This document shows, piece by piece, positions 25,278-37,089 of a DNA stretch of 64,000 nucleotides. Numbering within the stretch: position 1 is the stretch's first letter; every line of letters begins with the position of its first letter. Source of the stretch: Octopus sinensis (Eukaryota); contig NC_043010.1 in the NCBI RefSeq assembly GCF_006345805.1, positions 54,064,001 through 54,128,000 of the forward strand, given 5' to 3'. The notes below the pieces were generated by a model. That model did not search any database. It saw only the letters and a list, made by a program, of their open reading frames with translations, and was not told the DNA's origin. Made by a program: the position numbers and the translations under genes.

Positions 25278-25873
25278 TAGATAGTTAAACGTAGAGAGAA
25301 AATAGATATAAGGAAGTTAGCAATCATTCATTATTAACAAATGGTCATTTTCGCTCCTTACAACCGTTTCAATTAATACTCAAAAATTAAAATTAAAAAT
25401 TTGTACATTAAATTTGCATTCATGAGCGAAATTTCATTGGGGTATAAAAGATGTACCTTGCGATGTTATATGTAGGCATATCACTTCATTTTAGCAGACT
25501 AAATTTTACAGTTTATGGTTTCTATTATTATATACTCGGGGAAGGGTGAAGTGTTTACGGATTGAACAGAATGTAATTGGGTACAAAGTAAACTAAATAA
25601 AATAAAACTAGAAAAATATATAAAATATAAATGAAGATGGTTGAGGAAAGATTAAATATAAGTAATATAAATTTATAAATAATAAAAAATAAAATATTCA
25701 TTTATGATGTATGAATAAAATTATAAAAAATTGTATGTGTATACTTACATATATATATACACACACGCTCACACACAAACATACACATATACATATACAC
25801 AGGTATGCACGCATACACACATGCATACACATACATGCGTATATACGCATGCATACACTTACACACATAAACA

Positions 25874-25917
<44 letters not shown>

Positions 25918-26588
25918 TTTCACGCACATACATACACACATATGGATATATATGTATTCTTCGTACCAACCGCCCCTAAGAGTGAAATTAATATAGATTT
26001 ATATTAGTCAATTAGTGCCCATTGGTTAATGAAATTTTCAATTAGTGTGTCTACACGATAGCGTTTATAGGAAAGATCTATTCTTAACGGTTTTAGTAAA
26101 ACGTTGACATCAAAATGTGAATATGAATATAACATCGCGCACACACATACGTATGCGTGCATAAGTACGTACACAAACCCATATACATACATATACATAC
26201 ACACACAAGCATATACATAAACACACAAACATATGCATGACCGTTCATATACATTCATATACATATGTAAAAATATATACGTGTGTATATATACATATAT
26301 ACATAAGTACATGCACACATACACATATATTACTATACATATATACACACGTTCATTACGTAATTACATACAAACGTGCATATACACACACATGTTTGTG
26401 TAGACATACACGCCAACGTACTCGTATATATGCCTGAATGTATGTATGTACTCATATATGTATACACATTTAAGTAAGCATACATATATGTACACACCTA
26501 TACTTGTACATGCGCACATATATTTATATATAAATACACATTCAGATATGCCTTAACAAATATACACATATATATAATAATGTGTATG

Positions 26589-26641
<53 letters not shown>

Positions 26642-26651
26642 TATATATATA

Positions 26652-26936
26652 TCACCGTCACCGTCACCGTCCAGGCTATCAGATGTCACATCGCTGGTCA
26701 CATTGTTTTAGCCTTCCAATGACGCCACCCGCTGGCTAAGCGACCAGGCCAACAGAAGAAAGAGTGAGAGAAAGTTGTGGCGAAAGAGTACAGCAGGGAG
26801 AGCCACTAACCCCTGCCGGAGCAGCGTGGAGGTTTTAGGCGTTTTCGCTCAATAAACACTCACAATGCCTGGTCTGGGAATCGAAACTGCGATCCTACGA
26901 CCACGAGTCAGCTGCCCTAACCACTGGGCCATTGCT

Positions 26937-26940
<4 letters not shown>
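26652..26940 (-). mobile_element. SINE family C, alternative tail ending in (CGGTGA)n
   Basis: head and AGAGTGAGAGAAAGTTGTGG body as 14680/41471, but 3' part is CCTTCCAATGACGCCACCCGCTGGCTA..(TCACCG)3 on plus. Confidence 0.8.
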
Positions 26941-27003
<63 letters not shown>

Positions 27004-27491
27004 TATATATAGGTGTATATATTTACTTACATACATACACACATAGGTACTTATATACCAACACACATACACACTTAAAATGTGTCTATGCATACCAATT
27101 ATTATTTACGTATATGTATGTAAGCCTACACTCCTATAACTACATAGATTCTTACGAGCATATGATCTATATATCATGTAGAATAAGTTATTTTCACTCA
27201 CATATGATCTAAGTTTCATGAAAAATAGGTTATAAATATGTGCCAATCGGTAAAGTTAATTAAGTAAGGTATTAAATGTACCGATATCTAATATCGGCTA
27301 TATTCAATTTTGTTTAGTTATATATAGAACTTTTTAAATCCATTTTCCTCGTAAGCAACCTAGTGCTAACGGAGTGCAAATTCCAAATCGTTTATAGCTG
27401 TTTCACCTCTATTATCCGTAGCATAGGCGTTGTTCCTCCAGTGCCTTAATTATAATTACAACAATATAATTTCATATATATATATATATAT

Positions 27492-27534
<43 letters not shown>

Positions 27535-27642
27535 AAGTTAATCCAAACAAGAAAACATAAAAAAAAACACAGCAACGCGAGGACGTGGAACAAATAAAGT
27601 ATTATTGGACGCTCAGGAAAGAAGGGAAGAAGGAGGGTTTAT

Positions 27643-27705
<63 letters not shown>

Positions 27706-27710
27706 TATAT

Positions 27711-27760
<50 letters not shown>

Positions 27761-27855
27761 TCACATGATAGAATGCCTCGTCGAAGACAGCGTATGGATG
27801 TTCGGGATTTTTTGACCGACCTGCAGAAATTTATTTTTTAAGATTATTTATACAT

Positions 27856-28250
27856 AGATACAGGAGTAGCCGTGTGGTAAATAGTTTACTTAAGAACCAC
27901 ATGATTCTGGGTTCAGTCCCACAGCGTGGCACCTTGGGCAAGTATCTTCTACTATAGCCTCGGGCCGACCAAAACCTTGTGAGTGGATTTGGTAGACGGA
28001 AACTGAAAGAAGCCAGTCGTATATATATATATATATATATATAAGCCTTTGTGTTTGTGTTTGTCCCCACACCATCGCTTGACACCGATTGTGGTGTGTT
28101 TACGTCCGTGTAACTTAACGATTAGGCAAAAGAACCCGATAGAATAAGTACTAGGGTTACAAAGAATAAATTTTGGGGCCGATTCGTTCGACTAAAGGCG
28201 TTGCCCCAGCATGGCCGCAGTCAAATGACTGAAAAAAATAAAATAAAAGA
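27856..28250 (+). mobile_element. SINE family A, full length
   Basis: homology to 8584-8983. Confidence 0.9.
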
Positions 28251-29176
28251 ATATATAATGTGTGTGTCTGGTGCGTGTGTGAATGTGTATGTGTGTGTTT
28301 GTGCGCGCGTGTGCGTTTACGAACTCACAAGCACATACATATAAGCCACTTTGCTCACAATTTTCTTATTCAGAATGCCACTCACATGGCCTTTTCCCGA
28401 TTGAGTCTATACTAAAAGACATTTATGCAATCAAGCAGCCCTTGATCACTACTCAAGTAACAATTTGTTGTGGGAAATAATGGTTACAATGGACCAAGAA
28501 TTTATTTAAAATCAGTTCTTGCTGTCCAATATAAACTTACAGCATTCAGACCTTTCATATATTGCGCTTTCGAATAACATGGTCGTGTATTAGAATAGAG
28601 GGGTTAACATCTATACCTTCTGTTGTGATCCTTTATTATTCTATGCACACAGAAGAACATATGATTATGTAAGCTTCGTAAGTTACCCCTCGTTTGAATG
28701 GTCAGACCAATTGAGGATTATATTACAAGGACATCTGCTAGCACTTCATTAATTAATGGTTTTATTCATCTAATCACCATGCGGCTGTTAGACATGTTGT
28801 TTGCCTTTCGTTATGGTATTATAGATACATCTCATTCGTTACGGCTATTAATTAAATATGAAATTTGAAATGCATATAAAATCTTTTGGGGATATCGCAG
28901 TTCAGAAATTTGAGAATAATATTTGCTATATTTATGCGTAAAGTAATAATTATCAGGAAAATTGAGAGTGAAGCCAAACAGGGCAATGGATAGAATTTTC
29001 AGTTATTAAATTTCAATCTTTGAATCATATCCGTTGATGAAATTTTGTATTCTCTTTGAGATTTACCATTTGACTCAGCTTTTAATCTCATGTCTGCTCG
29101 AGCTAAGAAAAGCTAGAATCTTACGCTTTGCAGACTTACCATGCTATTCATTTAAGAAATAGTATATCTTAGATAT

Positions 29177-29440
29177 GTGGAGGCGAGTGGCTCAGTGGTT
29201 AGGGTGTCAGCATCATGATCGTAAGATTGTGGTTTCGATTGCTGGACTGGGCGACGCGTTGTATTCTTGAGCAAAACACTTCATTTCACGTTGCTCCAGT
29301 CCACTCAGCTTACAAAAATGAGTAACGCTGCGATAGACTGGTGTCCCGTCCAGCTGGGGAACGCATACGCCATTGAAACTGGAAAACCAGGCCCATAAGT
29401 CTGGCTAGGCTTTAAAAGGGCGCATTTATATTTATTTATA
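29177..29440 (+). mobile_element. SINE family D with 11-bp TSD
   Basis: GTGGAGGCGAGTGGCTCAGTGGTTAGG head, GGTTTCGATTGC B-box-like, TTCACGTTGCTCCAGTCCACTCAGC core; CTTAGATATGT at 29168-29178 and 29442-29452. Confidence 0.85.
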
Positions 29441-29871
29441 CCTTAGATATGTTTTTTTTTAAATTTAAAGTCAAATTTTGACGGCAGTTTTAGCTGTTAT
29501 ATTTAGTCAGTGAACAGTCCACTTCGGAGTTTTTCCTCGTTCTGTCTTGCCTGTATTAAAGAAGAGAATTTATGAGTGGCCGACGTCTCGCTTATATAGT
29601 CGCAAGGCACCGTCGTATTCGATTAGAATGAATTTGATTCCCTGTGCACACCATTACGGTTTCCATGTTTCAGTAGTACTTGTAAGGCCGGCTAACGTTA
29701 ATCCACCTACTTGATTTGAATAGTTAAGTGATCATCTTCGCCTATTGTAACTCTGATAACATAATCCGTTCGGAAATTCAGTGTAAGTTGAGGTTATCGG
29801 TTAATTATACCACAGAGATAATTTTGGCGCATCTGATTTAGCATACTTTACAAATTTGACGAAGATGTATA

Positions 29872-29990
29872 CTCTTTACTTGTTTCAGTCATTTGACTGT
29901 GGCCTTAGTCGAGGAAATCGACACCAGGACTTATTCCATCGGACACTTTTGTTGAACCGCTGAAGTACGGGAACGTAAACACAAACACAC
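29872..29990 (-). mobile_element. SINE family A 3' fragment
   Basis: TTTACTTGTTTCAGTCATTTGACTGTGGCC tail in reverse. Confidence 0.8.
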
Positions 29991-30026
29991 AAACACACAA
30001 ATATATACGCATATATATATATATAG

Positions 30027-30108
<82 letters not shown>

Positions 30109-30109
<1 letters not shown>

Positions 30110-30492
30110 GGCGCAGGAGTGGCTGTGTGGTATGTAGCTTGTTTACCAACCACATGCTTCCGGGTTCAATCACACTGCGTGGCATCTTGGCAAGTGTCTT
30201 CTACTATAGCATCGGGCCAACCAAAGCCTTGTGAGTGGATTTGGTAGACGGAAACTGAAAGAAGCCCGTCGTATATATGTATATATATATATATGTGTGT
30301 GTATGTTTGTGTGTCTGTGTTTGTCCCCCTAGCATTGCTTGACAACCGATGCTAGTGTGTTCGCCAAAAGAAACCGATAGAATAAGTACTGGGCTTACAG
30401 GGAGTAAGTCCTGGGAACGATTTGCTCGACTAAAGGCGGTGCTCCAGCATGGCCTCGGTCAAATGACTGAAACAAGTAAAAGAGTAAAAGAG
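30109..30492 (+). mobile_element. SINE family A, near full length
   Basis: homology to 8584-8983, with a small internal deletion. Confidence 0.9.
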
Positions 30493-30571
<79 letters not shown>

Positions 30572-30829
30572 GAGAAAGATACGGTTGGTAAGCAAGCCAC
30601 TTACTCACAGTCACTCCTACGCCTATGTATATAAAGATGTATATAAATATTTGAATTCCACTTATTATTTCAAACACGGACTTTAACTATTCCGATTTAA
30701 ATATAGGCCTTTGAAATTCAAACGTGCTCAAGAAACACTCTTCCTCTCTAGTAATTCTTCTACCTCTTCTTCAGAGTAAACAAGCGATGGTTTTCAAGCA
30801 GAAAGTAATGTGCCGTCATTGAGCTCTTA

Positions 30830-31600
30830 GTGAAGTAGGAAACAGTAATGAAGATGGCAGGAGTCTTTAAGTGTGTGCAAAGTAGCTACTTTAGCAGAAG
30901 AAACGAAGAAACACAATGTGGAAGAGAGAAATGCGGACGTCCGATTTGATCTGCTAGAAGCGCTCCGATCTGGTGACAAGCTATGAAAGTTATCTTCAGG
31001 ATTTGGAAAACAATGTTTTATTTGTGATAGGGCATAATATATTGTTCCCAAAATTTTAGAACGACAAGATTAGAAAGTCAGTCGTCGAATACGAAAGTCA
31101 GTCTTTGAATACGAAATCAGTCTTTGAATACAGCTTAACCTTGAAAAGCAAGAGGTACACTGGGACATTTGAAATAGCTTACACATGCCTTTATGTAGAA
31201 GAAAGAAAAAACTTTGGACACGTCATGCATTTTACTGCTGAAAATGTAACCACACCCAACTTTGACAACAAGTCAAGCCATCGGTTGATTGGTTTGTCAG
31301 TAGTCCCTATTAACAGTATTGACCAATATGTCGTCCTTTGACATCCACCTTTGCGCTCAAAGGAATAACATACTTCGGGACCAAACATCTGGTGGACGAC
31401 ATGAAAGATGAAATAAAGAAATAGACACCACAGGGAGAAACTGAAATTTTTCCGAGGACTAGAGAATAGGCTTCAAAATCAGAGGACCTCAATCGCTTGT
31501 GATCATAGCTTTGTTGAATCATTATTGTGTTTAGAGGACAAGTACTCTAATAATCTGTGCTATTTGAATAAAAAAATTACAATACATTTTGCTTTGCCGT
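30830..31600 (+). pseudogene. degenerate coding-like remnant, possibly retroelement gag (unidentified)
   Basis: frame KVATLAEETKKHNVEERNADVRFDLLEALRSGDKL*..QCFICDRA*YIVPKI resembles a decayed CX2CX4HX4C knuckle; interrupted by a 3x20-bp tandem at 31073-31131. Confidence 0.25.
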
Positions 31601-31616
31601 AGGTATCATACTTGTG

Positions 31617-31808
31617 TACGAAGGAGTGCTGCAATATTCCTGACCTTGGGTAAAACAAAATAAATATTTCCCTCTCACATCTCCCTCACAAACTTATTGT
31701 AGCGGTTCTTCAGTTTTCTAAGCCCTGTAAAAGAACCCAGAAGACTGAACATTCAATCAACCGTTTCATGATATCCTTAAAAGCGGAAAATTTTCAGCAC
31801 CCTCTCTC
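31617..31808 (-). mobile_element. mariner-derived MITE
   Basis: TACGAAGGAGTGCTGCAATATTCCTG left end / TTTTCAGCACCCTCT right end; homologous to 33031 and 44133 copies. Confidence 0.7.
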
Positions 31809-32434
31809 AGATGATTACAAAATACATTGATTAGATTCTAGCAACGTATCAATGGACAGGTACCATTTGCAAGACTGGTAACAAGAATCGATCAGGCGCA
31901 TCTTACCACTGTTTTATCTCCTATCATAATTGAATCATCGACAACACCATAACTCATTTACTCTGCTATATTACTTTAATGAACCATAAACCAATACATA
32001 ATGTCCAGTAATAGTTTTATGATTAGTGAAGTAACTTACCACTTCCGCAATTTAATACTCTTAACCTCGGCATATACCACCAACACGTTGTGTAGCGCTT
32101 ATTAACGAAAAGATTGATTGAATAATCATTGAGAATCACAGAAAATCTAATTATCTCCCAATTCAGCAACTAAAATGGAAATGATTCTTATTTGTGCTCT
32201 TAATTCAATTGATATTTAATATAATTTACATTTCCTTACGACCGTATCAACTGAGTGTCGATCCACATCGAGAAGCATTGAAAAGATATATATGTGTGTG
32301 TCTGTATGCATATATATGGGTGTACATAATACATATATACATACACACACTCACACATATAAATGTATATATATTTATCTATCTATCTATATATGTCTTT
32401 CTATATCTATCTATCTATCTATCTATCTATCTAA

Positions 32435-32524
<90 letters not shown>

Positions 32525-32615
32525 CGCGCTGGGTCGATGTAATCGACATAATCCCTTTGTCTATCCTTCTTTGTTCCCTCTATGTTTAGCCCCTTGTGGG
32601 CAATAAAAAAATAAA
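32525..32615 (+). mobile_element. SINE family B 3' fragment (long tail)
   Basis: GGGTCGATGTAATCGAC..TATGTTTAGCCCCTTGTGGGCAATAAA. Confidence 0.8.
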
Positions 32616-33030
32616 TACTAACAATCTATCCTCTATGTTGCTTTTTAAAGACAATCAATCTCCAATCAGACCTATCTCAAACTAGCTATATATATATATC
32701 CTTATTCTAATTTATGTTGTTTAAGCTTGTCATCCTTGATCGAGAAGAAATTCGGCTAAATATTTACCGCCAGGAACATTACGTCTTCGTTTTTTTGCAG
32801 CCGATGTATTCAGAATTCATTTTCCTGCTCACCCTTTCTTTTACTAATGCAATTGTGATTTCAATGAAATTTGATAGCTACTTCTACCCAGTTGCATTAT
32901 CACTTAGAAGTCTCCGCAATACCTCATTATCAAAGGGATTCAGGCAGCTTTTTCTCATCATTGTTTTGGGAAATCTCGTACACCTTACTACCTTATTAAT
33001 CTGTACTGCTATTAAGATGATCTAGCTTAA

Positions 33031-33248
33031 ATTGAGGGTGTGTTGCAAATATTCATGGCTCTAGGTAAAGAAAATATTGTTGGATCAGTTATGATTTTAT
33101 TCAACATCTTCCCGTTTCAGATACACACACATATTGGAGTGGTCCGTCAGTTATTCTAAAGCCCGTAAAAGAACTTGGAAAGTTGAGCCTCCAGCCAGGG
33201 CCTTTCGCAATACCCTTAGAACCAGGAACTTCTCAGCAACCCCTCGTA
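33031..33248 (-). mobile_element. mariner-derived MITE
   Basis: TIR-like TTGAGGGTGTGTTGCAAATATTCATGGCT / AACCAGGAACTTCTCAGCAACCCCTCG|TA; minus strand keeps the mariner C-terminal remnant LEAQLSKFFYG..CVYLKREDVE*. Confidence 0.8.
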
Positions 33249-33489
33249 TGAGGCCGAGTGCCACAATGTGTTTCACTTCTTCCGGTGTTGTAGTTTTCTT
33301 TATCACATCATTTCATCTTGAAATAGTTTTATCAATTGAAACTTTTAAGCAGTGATATGAAAAACAAACATGTATAACCCTTTACTGATTAATTTAGAAC
33401 AAACGCGAGTAGCTAGATGCTAAGGTATTCGTTCGGTCTGCTTGGAGGTTGATTGTCTTTAATAAGCAATACAGAGGATAGATTGTAGT

Positions 33490-33580
33490 TAGTATTTATT
33501 TCTTTATTGCCCACAGGGGGTTAAACATAGAGGGAACAAAGAAAGACAGACACAGGGATTAAGTCGATTACATCGACCCT
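33490..33580 (-). mobile_element. SINE family B 3' fragment
   Basis: TATTTCTTTATTGCCCACAGGGGG..GTCGATTACATCGACCC. Confidence 0.8.
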
Positions 33581-35362
33581 GACAGGTAATTCATTGAAAA
33601 AAAATATGTACCCTCTACGCATATACCTGAGTGTGTAAATAAGAAGATCGAATTTCCAAATATGTGGTTTCGGTTGCAGTTCCTCTATTGCTTGACACTT
33701 TGGGCAGGTGTCTTCTACTTAGAATACCTTGTCAGTAAATTCTTTGGATTGAAACTTTGTGGAAACCCGCATTATACATACATGTGCATACATACACACA
33801 TACATAGATAAATTATAAGTTCATATTTATACCTGTAATTATTGGTGCCTTGGGATATGTAACACACTACTTAAATGCCAATCTCGAGTATTTAGGCTTC
33901 GCAAAACTATAAAAGGAGAAAGCTAATTCAAAAACTGCAGATCCAATCCATGACTGGAACTGTAGAAAAATCTGTAAACCTTTCCAGAAGTTTCTCATTT
34001 GAATATATATGAGCATGTCTAGATATGCAGCTATACGCATACATAATACATACATACATAATACTTACATACATGCATACACACATATATTAATACATAC
34101 ATACAAACAAAAATACCCTGTTGTTGATGTTGAAATTCCAAAGAAGGAGACTTGGATCTAGGTTAGAAACTGGTTCTTTCTCTATTGGCAAGGCATCTTG
34201 AAATAAACTGGATGATGGCATACATACATAAAAACATATATAGATATAAACATATATACATACATTTTGCTTTGAAAATCAAAGAGAAAGAAGATAACTG
34301 TGGATAACCGCTTCGAAACCTCTAGCTTCTATATCCGTATTACAAATTTAGAATCATACCAATAATAATTGGAGCGCATGGTTTTCTAAGACAATGTCAT
34401 TCTGGATAAGCTTGGATTATCAGAGAAAGAAATCACCCAATTGATTCGCATATGAAATATACAATCCCTAAGTGGAACAATAAAACGATGCAAGATTTTT
34501 CTCGGGCGAAAATGTGACATTGTCTTATTATCTTGATTAGAAACCGGCCAATTCAAAGGAATAATTTATATGATTAAATACAGAAGATTAATACACATAC
34601 GTCCATGCATAGATGTATCTCTATATAACCATTTATAACTAAGTTTACGTGTGTGTGTGTGTGCGTCTGCGTGTTCACTTGTGTGCGTATGTGTATGTGT
34701 ATGTGTCTGTGTGTGTGCCTGCGTGTTCATTTGTATGTGTTTATGCGTTCGCGTAAATACTTGAATCTTACATGTGTAATCCACAGTGTACTCCATAATT
34801 AATCTTGCAGAGTTAATATCCAATACTAATGCCAAACTGTTACCCCAAACATAATAAATTACACGCTTGTCTAAAACAAGTTCAGTGAGTGAATCAAAGG
34901 ATAGGAACGTTAAGATCTAAAGAATGACATAAACGAAACGGGCACGAAGAGTAATTCACTTCATGAAATGCTCGCACTCTGTGTGTAACTCATGCACACT
35001 TGCAGAAGCACACAGATACATACATGCATTCATACATATACATAAATATATATATATATATATGTATATATATAATATATATATCTATATACACACATAC
35101 ATAATATATATATATATATATATATATTATTATATATATATATAATATATATATATATGTATATATATACATATGTATATATTTATAATAATATACGTAT
35201 ATATATATATTAATTTATATATAGAGGGCATTATACATACATGCCAGAAGGCATTATACATACATGCCACACGCTAAGAGGGACAATTAGTCATTTCTAC
35301 CAAAAAATATTACTAATCCCACCGAATGCAATTTTTCAAAGTAAGACATTTAAAAAATATAT

Positions 35363-35410
35363 AGACCTGTATCACAATGATTTCATACTTACGTATTCAT
35401 CAGAAGGCCT
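35363..35410 (-). ncRNA. type I hammerhead ribozyme, 3' copy (U2.1-C1.1 mismatch)
   Basis: minus strand AGGCCUU-CUGAUGA-AUAC[GUAA]GUAU-GAA-AUCA[UUG]UGAU-A^CAGGUCU; predicted cleavage between 35370 and 35369. Confidence 0.8.
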
Positions 35411-35839
35411 GAATGTATTATAAATAAACAACGACCCTGCCCCGCTTAAGCCGATCAGCTAACTGATCAACATCAACGAAGCACATGGGTGAGTTTACAT
35501 ATATTACATCCGGATAAATGGCAAACTTTTACGAATTGCATTTCGGGAGAGGAAAAGTTTCGGAATAAAAATTTAGCAATTAAGGACAACTACTTAATAA
35601 GGAAAACTTAACAAGAAATTGTCAGGTAGATAGCGTGAACCTCATAAGAGAAAAAATTTCGAAAATAATTATTTCTTATTGAACATATTAATTTTATATA
35701 GAGGGCATTATACATACATGCCAGAAGGCATTATACATACATGCCACACGCTAAGAGGGACAATTAGTCATTTCTACCAAAAAATATTACTAATCCCACC
35801 GAATGCAATTTTTCAAAGTAAGACATTTAAAAAATATAT

Positions 35840-35887
35840 AGACCTGTATCACAGTGATTTCATACTTACGTATTCATCAGCAGGCCT
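35840..35887 (-). ncRNA. type I hammerhead ribozyme, 5' copy (fully paired)
   Basis: minus strand AGGCCUG-CUGAUGA-AUAC[GUAA]GUAU-GAA-AUCA[CUG]UGAU-A^CAGGUCU; 7-bp stem I, 4-bp stem II with GNRA loop, 4-bp stem III, AUA triplet; cleavage between 35847 and 35846. Confidence 0.88.
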
Positions 35888-36643
35888 GAATGTATTATAA
35901 ATAAACAACGTCCCTGCCCCGCTTAAGCCGATATATATATATATGTATATATATATATATTTATATGTATATATATATACATGTATGTATATATATATAT
36001 GTATATATTTATGTATATATGTATATATGTATATATATATATATGTATATATGTATATATATATATGTATATATAAATATATATGTATATTTATATGTAT
36101 ATAGAAATATATACGTATATATATATATATGTATATAGAAATATATATGTATATATAAATATATATATACTTATATATATATACCTATACACGTACATGT
36201 GTGTGTATGAATACCTCTATACAATACGAATAGTCACATGCATACATTACACATGGAGTATATTTATATACGTACCATATAAATATATATATCTATATAA
36301 ATATATATATATATATATATATGTACATATGATATAGATGAACGTAAAACTCACACAACAAAGAGAGAGAGAGGAGAGCGGTAACCATAACAAGAGAGAG
36401 AGAGAGAGAGACGAGCAGAGAAATAGTAAAGAGTGAAAAATCTACCTTCCTTCGTTGATCGTAAGTGCACAGAGGAATTAAATGCAAATCTATTATTTTG
36501 CTTGGATCCATCAAAGAACAATACTTGCTAATGAAGGCTTTCAACGATGCTTATATTTTCCAATTTGTATTTATCTCTTAAATCATGTTTACTTCGAACA
36601 CTCAGTGGATTCACCAACATATATATATAATATATATATATAT

Positions 36644-36682
<39 letters not shown>

Positions 36683-36941
36683 CATCACAATCAGGAATGG
36701 CCATAATAGGCCATTCACCCACTAGAAATAACGCAAATGGAAGATTGGCTTGATTTAATTTAATCAGGTTAGTTTACCATTAAACAATAGATGAACGGTG
36801 CATCGTATAAGAAATTACAGGGTAAATGTTTTTTAATTTCTCCTGGTTTGGCGGAATTAATGTTATTTTGCGGTTGAAGCTTTGGCTTGCTGTATTTCTA
36901 GTGGGTGAATGGCCTATTATGGCCATTCCTTGATTGTGATG
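36683..36941. repeat. inverted repeat (48/49-bp arms) / MITE-like element with a palindrome inside each arm
   Basis: CATCACAATCAGGAATGGCCATAATAGGCCATTCACCCACTAGAAATA (36683-36730) is the reverse complement of 36893-36941 except one base. Confidence 0.85.
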
Positions 36942-37037
36942 TTGAACTTAAAATGGTCTATGACTATTTAAATTTTTTCCCACTAGGCCGCTGGTGGCAA
37001 ATAAATTCTACGAAATTTTTTTGCCACCCTATATTGA

Positions 37038-37089
<52 letters not shown>

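Larger units (their letters stand above)
35207..35932 (-). mobile_element. retrozyme-like / Penelope-associated ~1.5-mer: 477-bp-period direct repeat with hammerhead ribozymes, embedded in (TA)n
   Basis: direct repeats ~35207-35455 and ~35685-35932 (GAGGGC at 35224 and 35701), 3 substitutions in ~232 nt, each with an intact hammerhead core; TA tracts on both sides. Confidence 0.75.

Noticed and set aside
28372-28455. Possible plus-strand exon ECHSHGLFPIESILKDIYAIKQPLITTQ
   Set aside because: Unrecognised peptide, weak donor, competing minus-strand signals
31073-31131. CRISPR-like or other repeat-spacer array
   Set aside because: Contiguous tandem without spacers in a eukaryotic context; no repeat-spacer array anywhere in the window
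34085-34225. Possible interspersed repeat fragment (GGATCTAGGTTAGAAAC..TCTTGAAATAAACTG)
   Set aside because: Seems familiar but has no second copy or diagnostic feature in this window, so it cannot be supported
35385-35410. Minus-strand 16-nt micro-exon reading (TTCAG|GCCTTCTGATGAATAC|GTAAGT)
   Set aside because: The apparent GTAAGT donor is the stem II loop of the hammerhead; full base-pairing of stems I-III explains the sequence better, although splicing is not formally excluded
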